From assembly GCA_007376295.1 (NCBI GenBank), contig VMGB01000004.1:6569-70568 (forward strand): DNA of 64,000 nt. The letters run 5' to 3'. Below, in pieces: positions 19,400-28,406 of the stretch (position 1 is the first letter of the stretch; each line of letters begins with the position of its first letter). The position numbers and the translations under genes were made by a program. The notes under the pieces were generated by a model, which saw nothing but the letters and a program-made list of their open reading frames with translations, was not told where the DNA came from and did no database searches. This DNA is from Parcubacteria group bacterium Gr01-1014_13. Lineage in GTDB: Bacteria > Patescibacteriota > Patescibacteriia > Magasanikbacterales > GWA2-37-8.

Positions 19400-20648
19400 C
19401 CGCAAAAGTGTGTTTGTCTATAATTGCTCGGGCCGGAGAATCAAACCCGAGTTTAATTCTGGCGATGCATTCCGCGGCAATCGCGCCAGCCATCGCTACT
19501 GTAGAACCAAGTTGGGGAATAATAGTGGAAGTGGGTATCTCTACTCTTTGTTCAATAATTGCCTTTAATTCACCGTGGCGATAATCCTTGCCAATCAAGG
19601 CGTCCACAAATTCAAAAAACGCATTTCTGTTTCCCGCTTCTTCATAAACTTTTTCCATTTTGGAAATTAATTCTTCGTCGCTAATACCATAACTCAAAGG
19701 CAAATTTTTATCTTTATCATAACGCAACACATCCAGTTGTACCGCAGATCCAATGTCCGTTACCATTACCATGGGTAACCCTCTTTTTCTAGCCTCTTGC
19801 CTAATCAAAATTTTTATTCTTGGGTCATCCACTTCCTCTACCACCACGTCTGTTCTTGGTTCGCCCTCATATTGCCCCAAAAATGAATCGATATTTTTCT
19901 CGTCTATACCTTCGTCATAAATGTAAACATTCAAAAACGGATCGACCGCATAAAGCTGCCCGGCAATAACTTTGGCTTTATTTTTAAGCGATAAATCCGC
20001 GACTGATGTTCTTTCGGCTTGGCTTTTTACCATTTCTCCGTAACTCAATCTTACCCGGTTGATATTTTCCATTTTATAAACACTCTTATCGGCGATCTTG
20101 ATATTTTTAGGACGCAAATCCATTACGGCGCAGTGAATCACATTGCTGCCGACACTACAACCCGCTACCGCTATGGTAGTATTCTCAAATAAATTACGAA
20201 TTTGCATCCAAGTTAATGAGTTTTTCGGGTCAGCCAATAATTTGGAGCTGCTGGCCACAGCTACCACATGATGCCAAAGTGGGGGGCAATATCTAACCAA
20301 TTCATTTCTTTCCGCATAATAGGCATAAAAACCATAATCCAAATAATTGCCTTTAATTTCAAAAAGTTTTTGGGCATAATTTCCCCATTCCAAATTAAAT
20401 TCGTCTCGCAATGTCTTTCCGCTAATATCCACGACCGGCGACGTAGCCGACATGGTTAATCTTTCGTTTAAACCAAAAATGGTGGCTTGCGTAAGATCAA
20501 ATTGCTTTTCCGGAGGGATAATTATTTGTTCCGCTCCGGATAAATTTAACACGGCATTATTCGCGTCATCATAAATTATCGTTTTATTTTTATGAGCTTC
20601 TGCCGCTTCCAAAATAATTGGTTTTAAAGATAATCTAGGACTAATCAT
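19383..20648 (-). CDS. ThiF-family adenylyltransferase/cyclodehydratase, Rv1355c/OxzB/TyzB-like
   Basis: IAVAGCSVG, IADK....NINR, NKA, VVEEVDDPRIKILIRQEARKRGLPMVMVTD, PQLGSTVAMAG; start at ATGA overlap with the upstream stop. Confidence 0.85.
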   Translation of the reverse strand: MISPRLSLKPIILEAAEAHKNKTIIYDDANNAVLNLSGAEQIIIPPEKQFDLTQATIFGLNERLTMSATSPVVDISGKTLRDEFNLEWGNYAQKLFEIKGNYLDYGFYAYYAERNELVRYCPPLWHHVVAVASSSKLLADPKNSLTWMQIRNLFENTTIAVAGCSVGSNVIHCAVMDLRPKNIKIADKSVYKMENINRVRLSYGEMVKSQAERTSVADLSLKNKAKVIAGQLYAVDPFLNVYIYDEGIDEKNIDSFLGQYEGEPRTDVVVEEVDDPRIKILIRQEARKRGLPMVMVTDIGSAVQLDVLRYDKDKNLPLSYGISDEELISKMEKVYEEAGNRNAFFEFVDALIGKDYRHGELKAIIEQRVEIPTSTIIPQLGSTVAMAGAIAAECIARIKLGFDSPARAIIDKHTFAVKIYR

Positions 20649-21634
20649 ACGACTTGTTTTATTTTTATTCTTTTTAATTGTTTTTTCCAATTGGCCGCGC
20701 TAATAATTTTTAATTTGGAGCCGTCTGCTACTGACCGATCAAGCAATGCGCGCAACTCTTCTCCGGTTATTTTGGATCCGGGTATTTTTCCTTTCCACAA
20801 CAAAACCGCATTGATTCCGTAAATCATATTTAAAATTTCCATATAATTTGCTGTTTTTTTTATTTCCGGATTATAATTTTTTGCGTATTTTTTAATAAAA
20901 ACAATATTCAGTTTTTTTTCTTCAATTAATTTTTGTAATGATTTAAGCAATTGCGACGCATTCAAAAAATATCCGGGGAAATGGTAGGCCGACCAACTTC
21001 TATCCAAATATACCTGCTCTGGCCGGCATTTTAAAGTTTTATAAGCGTCGGGGAAAGACAAACTAAACCGAGAGCTAAAACGTAGTATTTTTTTTAAAAC
21101 TTCAGGTCTAAATACTCCCAAAAAATAGGAAAAGTGTGTTTCTGAAAAAAATTCTTTATTAATCAAAGCAAAAGCTTGAGCCGTATGCTTCATTGCGGAA
21201 TTCTTTGGCGCAATGCCGCACAAACGCGAGATAGCTACCAGTTTTGTTTGTAAATCATTGTCTCTAAAAACCAATTTATTTTTTATAATATTGACAATAG
21301 TTTTTCCGTTATAAACATACTGATTTAAATCTTCCAACAAGTGTGTATCCGTATTGCCAGGCACAAACCGCAAACATAACCATTCTTCCAATTTTCCAAA
21401 GCTGCTTCGGCAAAGAAAAATCGCGGCATTTTTATCATACTCATCAATAAGCGGCACTCGACCGTATCTTAAATAAGATTGGCGAGCAAGCTTGGTTATT
21501 TTTTTCAACACGGCATTATTCCAACTGGGCTGATATAAATTTTTTGCTTTATAAATTCGAAAAATAACCGATCCAATTTTGTATATTTTAAGTGGCCTAA
21601 AATTTTCCAAGCTCTTGAGCAGTTCTTGATCCAT
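20645..21634 (-). CDS. Putative GNAT-fold acyltransferase (LuxI/FeeM/OxzA-like)
   Basis: ARQSYLRYG, DEYD, LRFVP, AISRL in the spacing of LuxI/FeeM motifs; GGAGGAG SD inside the end of argS, start MDQELL. Confidence 0.6.
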   Translation of the reverse strand: MDQELLKSLENFRPLKIYKIGSVIFRIYKAKNLYQPSWNNAVLKKITKLARQSYLRYGRVPLIDEYDKNAAIFLCRSSFGKLEEWLCLRFVPGNTDTHLLEDLNQYVYNGKTIVNIIKNKLVFRDNDLQTKLVAISRLCGIAPKNSAMKHTAQAFALINKEFFSETHFSYFLGVFRPEVLKKILRFSSRFSLSFPDAYKTLKCRPEQVYLDRSWSAYHFPGYFLNASQLLKSLQKLIEEKKLNIVFIKKYAKNYNPEIKKTANYMEILNMIYGINAVLLWKGKIPGSKITGEELRALLDRSVADGSKLKIISAANWKKQLKRIKIKQVV

Positions 21635-21639
21635 ACAGA

Positions 21640-23340
21640 TTACATCTCCTCCACCGTATTGATAGTAAGCAGGTCGAGCGTGTTTTCCAAAACATTTTTC
21701 ACGGCTATACACAATTGTAACCTGGCCGCAATCAACTCTTTATTTTCCGCATTTAACACGCTGTGTTTGGTATAAAAATCGTTAAACTTCTGGGCTAAAT
21801 CAAAACAGTAGCGAGTAATAGTGGACGGATTGTACTCACGCAAAGCATCGGAAACTATTTCTTCGTATTGGGATAAAAATAACAGTAGCTGTTTTTCTTC
21901 TGGCTTGTCCAACAATTCATAATCGCCTTTTGCTTTTATTTTTTCATCTTTTGCTTTTTCTAAAATACTATTAATTCTGGCCACAACATACAAAATATAT
22001 GGTCCGGTAAATCCATCAACGGCCGTGGCTTCTTTGATATCAAAAGTAATATTTTTGGCCGCTTCATGTTTAAGCATATCAAACTTCAAAGCCGCCATAG
22101 CCAAAACATGCGCGGTTTTATTTACCTGTTTCTCACTCCAATCTGCATGCCTTTGCTTTGATTCCATTTTTAATTTTTCATAAACTTCATAGTACAAATC
22201 TTCGTATAAAATTACATTCCCAAACCGAGAAGACATTTTACCTTCTTTTAAATTTACCAAACCGTAACCAATATGTGTAAGTTTTTTATTGAAACCGATT
22301 ATTTCCAAAATTTTATACAGTTGTTTGAAATAAAAATTCTGCTCCGTGCCGGTGATTACAATACTTTCGTCGACATTGAATTTTTTAAATTTCTCTACGG
22401 CCAAAGGCAGATCGCTGGTCAGATACAGTCCAGCACCATTTGATTTACGTAGTAAGGCAATATCTAAATTGTATTTACTCAAATCAACTATCACCGCTCC
22501 CCCTTCGCCAATTTCAGCCACACCCTTAAATAAAAGTTCGTCTGTCATTTTTTGACCTCGATCTTTTAGATCTTTCTCATAAAACACGGCTGCGTGCTTT
22601 ACACCTAATTGTTTAAATATTTCTTCGAATTTTTCTATACTCCATTCCCTAGTTTTCATAAACAACGGCCAAATTTCTGGGTCGTGCTCTTCTAATTTTT
22701 TCTGTATCTCAGCCACTTCTTTGCCGAAATCTGGATTATCCCTTACTTGCTGGCTAGCTTCGGCATAAATATCACCCAGCCATTTTTGACAATTTTCTGG
22801 AGGCTGTTCGTTTTTATGAAATTTCAAAAGTCCCCACAAACATTTGGCCACGTGATTACCAAAATCATTTAGATAATTTACCGGATAAACTTTGTAGCCA
22901 TTTTTTTCATACAGCCGAACCAGCGTATTGCCGATGGCAACATTGCGAAAATGACCGATGTGAAATTCTTTATGAGTATTATTCGACGGATATTCAATCA
23001 AAACTTTTTTACCTTTACCCGATTTATTATCTCCGTATTTTTTTCCTTGCTTACCAATTTCTTTCACTACCAAACTTGCTACTTCGCCGGGTTGCAGATA
23101 AAAATTAACATACGGTCCGGCTGTTTCTACCCTTGCTACCATTTTTGATTTTTTATCTTTAATCTTTTCTTTTATTTTATCCGCAGCATCTTTTGGACTC
23201 ATTTGCCACTCTTTGCCGACACCAAAACAAGCAAAAGCAAAATCCCCCATCTCCGGATTCGGAGGAGTCGTTAGTTGCACATCGCCTTTTACATCTGCAA
23301 CAGCCAAAAGGTTTTTAATTTCTTTTTTTATTTCCTGCAT
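21640..23340 (-). CDS. argS: Arginine--tRNA ligase
   Basis: GDFA, GPYVNF, FHIGHFRN (HIGH), NDFG, KMSSR, GPYILY..ARI. Confidence 0.97.
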   Translation of the reverse strand: MQEIKKEIKNLLAVADVKGDVQLTTPPNPEMGDFAFACFGVGKEWQMSPKDAADKIKEKIKDKKSKMVARVETAGPYVNFYLQPGEVASLVVKEIGKQGKKYGDNKSGKGKKVLIEYPSNNTHKEFHIGHFRNVAIGNTLVRLYEKNGYKVYPVNYLNDFGNHVAKCLWGLLKFHKNEQPPENCQKWLGDIYAEASQQVRDNPDFGKEVAEIQKKLEEHDPEIWPLFMKTREWSIEKFEEIFKQLGVKHAAVFYEKDLKDRGQKMTDELLFKGVAEIGEGGAVIVDLSKYNLDIALLRKSNGAGLYLTSDLPLAVEKFKKFNVDESIVITGTEQNFYFKQLYKILEIIGFNKKLTHIGYGLVNLKEGKMSSRFGNVILYEDLYYEVYEKLKMESKQRHADWSEKQVNKTAHVLAMAALKFDMLKHEAAKNITFDIKEATAVDGFTGPYILYVVARINSILEKAKDEKIKAKGDYELLDKPEEKQLLLFLSQYEEIVSDALREYNPSTITRYCFDLAQKFNDFYTKHSVLNAENKELIAARLQLCIAVKNVLENTLDLLTINTVEEM

Positions 23341-23342
23341 AA

Positions 23343-24530
23343 CTATTTAATTTTTACGAAAAATCTGCTTCCTTTTTGAACCACGTCGCCTGATTTAACC
23401 TGCTCATCAATTGTTTCAACTTTCTTATCATTAATTTTTACTCCGTCCTGTGCAATTATTTGTCTTGCCTCTGATTTGCTTTTACAAATTTTTGATTCTA
23501 CCAACACCGTCAAAATATCCATGGCGCTTGGTTTGAGTTCGGGTATATCTTGTGGTTTGCTTTTTTCTTGAAATACTTTATGAAAATGTTCTTCACCTTT
23601 TTTTGTTCCCGTATCACCATGATACAACCTTGTTATCGCTTGCGCTAATTTAGTTTTAATTTTCATAGGATTTTCTCCTGTCTCTAACTGTTTCTTGTAA
23701 TTTTCAATCAAGCTCATCGGCTCATCGGTGGCCAGTTCAAAATATTTTATAATCAACTTATCTGGAATAGACATGACTTTACCAAAAATTTCCTCGGCTG
23801 AATCATCAAGTGCAATATAATTTCCATAACTCTTACTCATCTTTTTTTCTCCATCAGTTCCTTCTAAAAGAGGAATGGTTAAAATATCCTGTTCCGCCTG
23901 ATCATATTTTTTCTGCATTTTTCGACCCATCAATAAATTAAATTTTTGGTCTGTACCACCTATTTCTACATCTGCTTTAAGAGCAACAGAATCATATCCC
24001 TGTAAAAGTGGATACATGATTTCTTGCATCGCGATATCCGATCCTTCCTTAAGTCTTTTTTGAAAATCATCTCTTTCCAAAATACGCGCGACTGTTATTT
24101 TTGATGTTAGATCCATAAGCAGTGCGGTAAAATTTGGTTTACCATACCATTCACTATTATGTCTAATCTCAATTTTTTTAGTATCAATAACCTTCCCCGC
24201 TTGTTTCACATATGTCTTCATGTTCTTTTTTACATCTTCCACAGTAAGAATTGGTCTTGTAGAATCTCTTCCGCTAGGATCACCGATCATAGCAGTATAG
24301 TCCCCGATTAAAAGAATTACCTGATGACCGAGCTCTTGAAATTGTTTTAGCTTTCTTAGTGGGACAGCGTGACCTATATGTATCTGTGAACCTGTCGGAT
24401 CTATACCGAACTTAATTCTTAATTTTTTGCCAGACAAAAGTTTTTTTCTCAAATTTTCTTTTTCTATCACCTCTTCTACTCCTCTGCTTAGCAACTCCTC
24501 TATTTTTTGTGGGTCAGTATTAATTTTCAT
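23343..24530 (-). CDS. tyrS: Tyrosine--tRNA ligase
   Basis: GIDPT, HIGH, YPLLQGYD, GGTDQ, KMSKS, C-terminal S4-like domain. Confidence 0.98.
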   Translation of the reverse strand: MKINTDPQKIEELLSRGVEEVIEKENLRKKLLSGKKLRIKFGIDPTGSQIHIGHAVPLRKLKQFQELGHQVILLIGDYTAMIGDPSGRDSTRPILTVEDVKKNMKTYVKQAGKVIDTKKIEIRHNSEWYGKPNFTALLMDLTSKITVARILERDDFQKRLKEGSDIAMQEIMYPLLQGYDSVALKADVEIGGTDQKFNLLMGRKMQKKYDQAEQDILTIPLLEGTDGEKKMSKSYGNYIALDDSAEEIFGKVMSIPDKLIIKYFELATDEPMSLIENYKKQLETGENPMKIKTKLAQAITRLYHGDTGTKKGEEHFHKVFQEKSKPQDIPELKPSAMDILTVLVESKICKSKSEARQIIAQDGVKINDKKVETIDEQVKSGDVVQKGSRFFVKIK

Positions 24531-24531
24531 A

Positions 24532-27138
24532 TTACTTCAAATTATTTAATTGTTCTTCTAATTTTTCTAATTTAGATTTGGCTTCGTTTAATTTTCCTTT
24601 TTCTTTCTCTACCACTTCTTTAGGTGCATTACTTACAAACTCTTTATTTAATAGTTTATTTTCCAGACCAGCAGTATATTTTTTTAATTCTGCAATTTCT
24701 TTTTCTAATCTAGGCTTTTCTTTAGCTACATCCACCGCTCCCGCTAAATCTAGCGAAACTTCTGCTCCAGTTTTTACAAATTCCAAACTTTCTAATCGAG
24801 CCAAAGATTTAATAATTTCTTGATTGTTTCTTAATAATTTTTCTTTTTTACCAGCATTAACATGTGCACCGATTTTTTTTGCGGGTTCAATTTTATATTC
24901 AGCACGTAAAGAGCGTATACTTGTGATTGTATTTATAATATCATTAAAACCCTTTGCTGTCGGATTTGCTTTCTTTACGCCCATCCACGGTTCAACCATC
25001 AAAGTTTTATCTGCACCATAAACTTCCTGCCAAATCGCCTCTGTTACAAACGGCATGTATGGATGCCATAATTTTAAAATTGTATTTAAAATATAGTTTA
25101 AAATTTCTGATTTTTTGCCTTCTACCTTCGCTATCTCTAAATACCAATCAGCCAACTCGCTCCAAGTAAAATCTCGTAATTTTTCTCCGACCATGGAAAA
25201 ATTAAATTCTTCAATATTTTTAGAAGTTTCTTGAATTACTTTATCTAATCCTTCCAAAATCCATTCATCTGCCAAAGTCTTGGCTTTTGGTTTTTTGATA
25301 TCAATCTTAGGATTCTCGATATTCAACAACATAAACCGAGAAATATTCCACAACTTGTTGGTAAAATTTCTAAAACCGGCAATTTTTTCTTCGGATAGCT
25401 TCATGTCATTTCCCGGAGTATTGCCGACAAGCAAAGATAAGCGTGTGGCATCAGTACCATATTTATTAATCATATCTAGCGGATCTATCACATTTCCCAA
25501 AGACTTGCTCATCTTCTGGCCTTTCTCATCACGAACCAAACCGTGTAAATAAACTTTTTTAAAAGGAATATCGTCTAAAACATAGGTGGTCATGAGTATC
25601 ATGCGCGCCACCCAGAAAAATAAAATGTCATAACCAGTTTCCATTACACTGGTTGGATGATAATTTTTTAGATCACTAGCCTTTAAATCCGGATATCCCA
25701 ATGTAGAAAAAGTCCAAAGCCCGGAAGAAAACCAGGTATCCAAAGTATCTGGATCTTGTTGCCAACCCTCACCTCTTGGCGCTTCCACACCAACAAAAAC
25801 CTCTTCACCCTTATACCAAACCGGGATTTGATGCCCATACCAAATTTGACGGCTAATACACCAATCACGCAAGTTATCTATCCAGTGAAAATATGTTTTA
25901 TTGAACCTGTCAGGTATTATCTCTATCTGACCTTTTTTATTCCCAACAGCCTTTTGCATTAATTGTTTTAAAGTTTTTTTGCCCCGGGATTTGATGGGCT
26001 TATTTACATCTATAAACCACTGAGTTTTTGGTAGCGGTTCAATTACATCACCAAACCTATCTGAGGTACCGACATTTTGTACAATATCTTCTTCTTTTTC
26101 CAATAAATTATTTTTCCTCAAATACTCGACAAATTTTTCGCGCGCTGCTAATACTGTAAGCCCGGCGTAATCTTTCCCTGCCGCGGCTGTCATTTTTCCA
26201 TCTTCACTAATTACTTGGATCAAACCGATGTCATTACCATCAGCTTTTTGTTTTTGATACATCTCAAAGTCTACAGAACTATGAGCAGGCGTTACACCCA
26301 AAGCGCCCGTACCAAATTCCAGTTCAATATTTTCATCAGCAATAATTTTAATTTTCAGCGGAGCGGCAGCGCCCACATCTACTACAAACTCCTGGCCAAT
26401 ATATTTTTTGTATCTGGCATCTTTTGGATTTACGGCCACAGCCGTATCACCAAGTTTTGTTTCTGGCCTGGTGGTAGCAATAGTAATTGGAAAATCTTTT
26501 GAATATTTGAAATAATATAATTTTCCTGGACGTTCCACATGCACCAACTCATCATCACTAACCGTAGACTGGCCTTTAACTGACCAATTGATTACCCGGT
26601 ACCCACGATAAATCAATTTATCATCATACATTTTTTTAAACACAGTCCGCACTGCTAAATTTCTTTTTTCATCAAGCGTATATGCTTCTCTGCTCCAATC
26701 CAGAGACGCACCCATTTTGCGAGACTGATTCACAATCGTGTCATGACTCTCTTGAGCAAAGCTCTCTACTCGTTTTAAAAATTCATCCCTGCCCAAATCA
26801 TATTTTGTTTTCCCTTCTTTTTCCATAACTAACTTTTCCACCTTGGCTTGAGTGGCTATAGCCGCGTGGTCCGTACCCGGTACCCACAAAGTACGATCGC
26901 CTTTCATGCGATGGTAACGCACCATCACATCTTCAATTGCCAACATGGCCGCATGACCCATATGCAAAGTGCCGGTAACATTTGGCGGTGGCAAAACAAT
27001 GGAAAAAGGTTTAGCGTTTTTCTTCGTAAACCTTTGTTTAACGCAAACATCAGGATTAAACAACCCTGATTCTTCCCATTTTTTATAGATATTATCCTCG
27101 TAATTCTTCGGCTCGTAGGCCTTTGACAGCTCTTTCAT
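24532..27138 (-). CDS. valS: Valine--tRNA ligase
   Basis: PPPNVTG.LHMGH, TTRPET, WCISRQ, LDTWFSS, KMSKS, C-terminal coiled coil. Confidence 0.98.
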   Translation of the reverse strand: MKELSKAYEPKNYEDNIYKKWEESGLFNPDVCVKQRFTKKNAKPFSIVLPPPNVTGTLHMGHAAMLAIEDVMVRYHRMKGDRTLWVPGTDHAAIATQAKVEKLVMEKEGKTKYDLGRDEFLKRVESFAQESHDTIVNQSRKMGASLDWSREAYTLDEKRNLAVRTVFKKMYDDKLIYRGYRVINWSVKGQSTVSDDELVHVERPGKLYYFKYSKDFPITIATTRPETKLGDTAVAVNPKDARYKKYIGQEFVVDVGAAAPLKIKIIADENIELEFGTGALGVTPAHSSVDFEMYQKQKADGNDIGLIQVISEDGKMTAAAGKDYAGLTVLAAREKFVEYLRKNNLLEKEEDIVQNVGTSDRFGDVIEPLPKTQWFIDVNKPIKSRGKKTLKQLMQKAVGNKKGQIEIIPDRFNKTYFHWIDNLRDWCISRQIWYGHQIPVWYKGEEVFVGVEAPRGEGWQQDPDTLDTWFSSGLWTFSTLGYPDLKASDLKNYHPTSVMETGYDILFFWVARMILMTTYVLDDIPFKKVYLHGLVRDEKGQKMSKSLGNVIDPLDMINKYGTDATRLSLLVGNTPGNDMKLSEEKIAGFRNFTNKLWNISRFMLLNIENPKIDIKKPKAKTLADEWILEGLDKVIQETSKNIEEFNFSMVGEKLRDFTWSELADWYLEIAKVEGKKSEILNYILNTILKLWHPYMPFVTEAIWQEVYGADKTLMVEPWMGVKKANPTAKGFNDIINTITSIRSLRAEYKIEPAKKIGAHVNAGKKEKLLRNNQEIIKSLARLESLEFVKTGAEVSLDLAGAVDVAKEKPRLEKEIAELKKYTAGLENKLLNKEFVSNAPKEVVEKEKGKLNEAKSKLEKLEEQLNNLK

Positions 27139-27263
27139 AACTTCAGTATTATAGTAAAATAAAGCTAAAAAATCAAATGGTTTACCTCTCCTGGAGATGT
27201 TGACAGGTTATAGACCAACTGATAATATTATCTATTCCGCCTAATCATTAAAAATCGCTTAAC

Positions 27264-28406
27264 GTGGCCCTAAACGAAGTCCAACAACTTAAAAATTTGC
27301 TTGAGTCCAACAAGCATATTTTACTGGTTTTGAATTCTGTCCAAAATACAGACGCTATTTGCGCAGCTGTGGCCTGGAAAAAATGGCTGGAAAAACAACA
27401 TAAACAAGTGGACATTATTGCCGATAACTTTATTTTACCAAAAAATTTAAAATTTATTGTTGATACCCAGGACATTCAGCCACAAATATCTCATTTACAA
27501 AAATTTATTCTGAAGGTAGATGTAACCAATGTAAAAATTGATACTCTAAGTTATGACATCAAAGATAGTTGGTTATCTATTTACCTAACTCCAAAACAAG
27601 GCATTATTACTAAAAACCAACTACGCACTGCTCAATCTGGGCCAAAATATGATTTAATAATTACAATAAACGCCCAAGACTTAGAATCGCTAGGAAAAGT
27701 TTTTTTAAGCAACACTGATCTCTTTTACAAAGTGCCTGTAATTAATTTTGACACTCATCCTGGTAATGAACATTTCGGACAATTAAATTTTGTTGAGCTT
27801 AATAGCACTTCTACTTCCGAAACTGTTTACAAAATCATGAATCAGCTTTCCGCGTCATATATTGACGCTGATATTGCTACCGCTTTACTAGCCGGCATGA
27901 TTAGTCAGACCCAAAGTTTTAAAACCACTAATGTCACACCTTATACTTTGAACACTGCCAGCCAATTAATGAATTTAGGCGCAGACAGAGAAAAAATAGT
28001 TAAACATCTTTTTAGAACAAAATCGATTTCTTCTCTCAAAATTTGGGGCGAAGCCCTGACCCACATGGAAAGTGATCCGAGTATAGGATTTATATGGACC
28101 ACCATTACCCGCGAAGATTTTACCAGAGCCGGAGCTACTGAAGATGAACTAAAAGAATTGATAGACGAGTTGGTAAACAACTCTCCGGAAGCAAAACTAA
28201 TTCTATTACTATACGAAAACACTCGCGGCGAAAACAAAGTACATGGATTTCTGCACGCAGACAAACAACGTGATGCTAAAATGCTTTTACAATCCTTCCA
28301 ACCGGAAGGAAATAAAAAAACCGCCTCTTTCGCGGTTACCAACAAAACTCTAAAGGAAGTCGAATTAGAAGTAGTGGGAAAAATTAAAAAAATACTGGCT
28401 GTTTAA
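27264..28406 (+). CDS. DHH-family protein with degenerate catalytic motifs
   Basis: DHH fold pattern but QNTDA replaces DxD, DTH replaces DHH, no GGGH; GTG start. Confidence 0.75.
   Translation: MALNEVQQLKNLLESNKHILLVLNSVQNTDAICAAVAWKKWLEKQHKQVDIIADNFILPKNLKFIVDTQDIQPQISHLQKFILKVDVTNVKIDTLSYDIKDSWLSIYLTPKQGIITKNQLRTAQSGPKYDLIITINAQDLESLGKVFLSNTDLFYKVPVINFDTHPGNEHFGQLNFVELNSTSTSETVYKIMNQLSASYIDADIATALLAGMISQTQSFKTTNVTPYTLNTASQLMNLGADREKIVKHLFRTKSISSLKIWGEALTHMESDPSIGFIWTTITREDFTRAGATEDELKELIDELVNNSPEAKLILLLYENTRGENKVHGFLHADKQRDAKMLLQSFQPEGNKKTASFAVTNKTLKEVELEVVGKIKKILAV

Noticed and set aside
19383-20648. MoeB/ThiF cofactor-biosynthesis enzyme or ubiquitin-like E1 defence component
   Set aside because: No CxxC zinc motifs, no ThiS/MoaD, E2 or JAB neighbour; motifs and nitroreductase partner fit the Rv1355c/OxzB type
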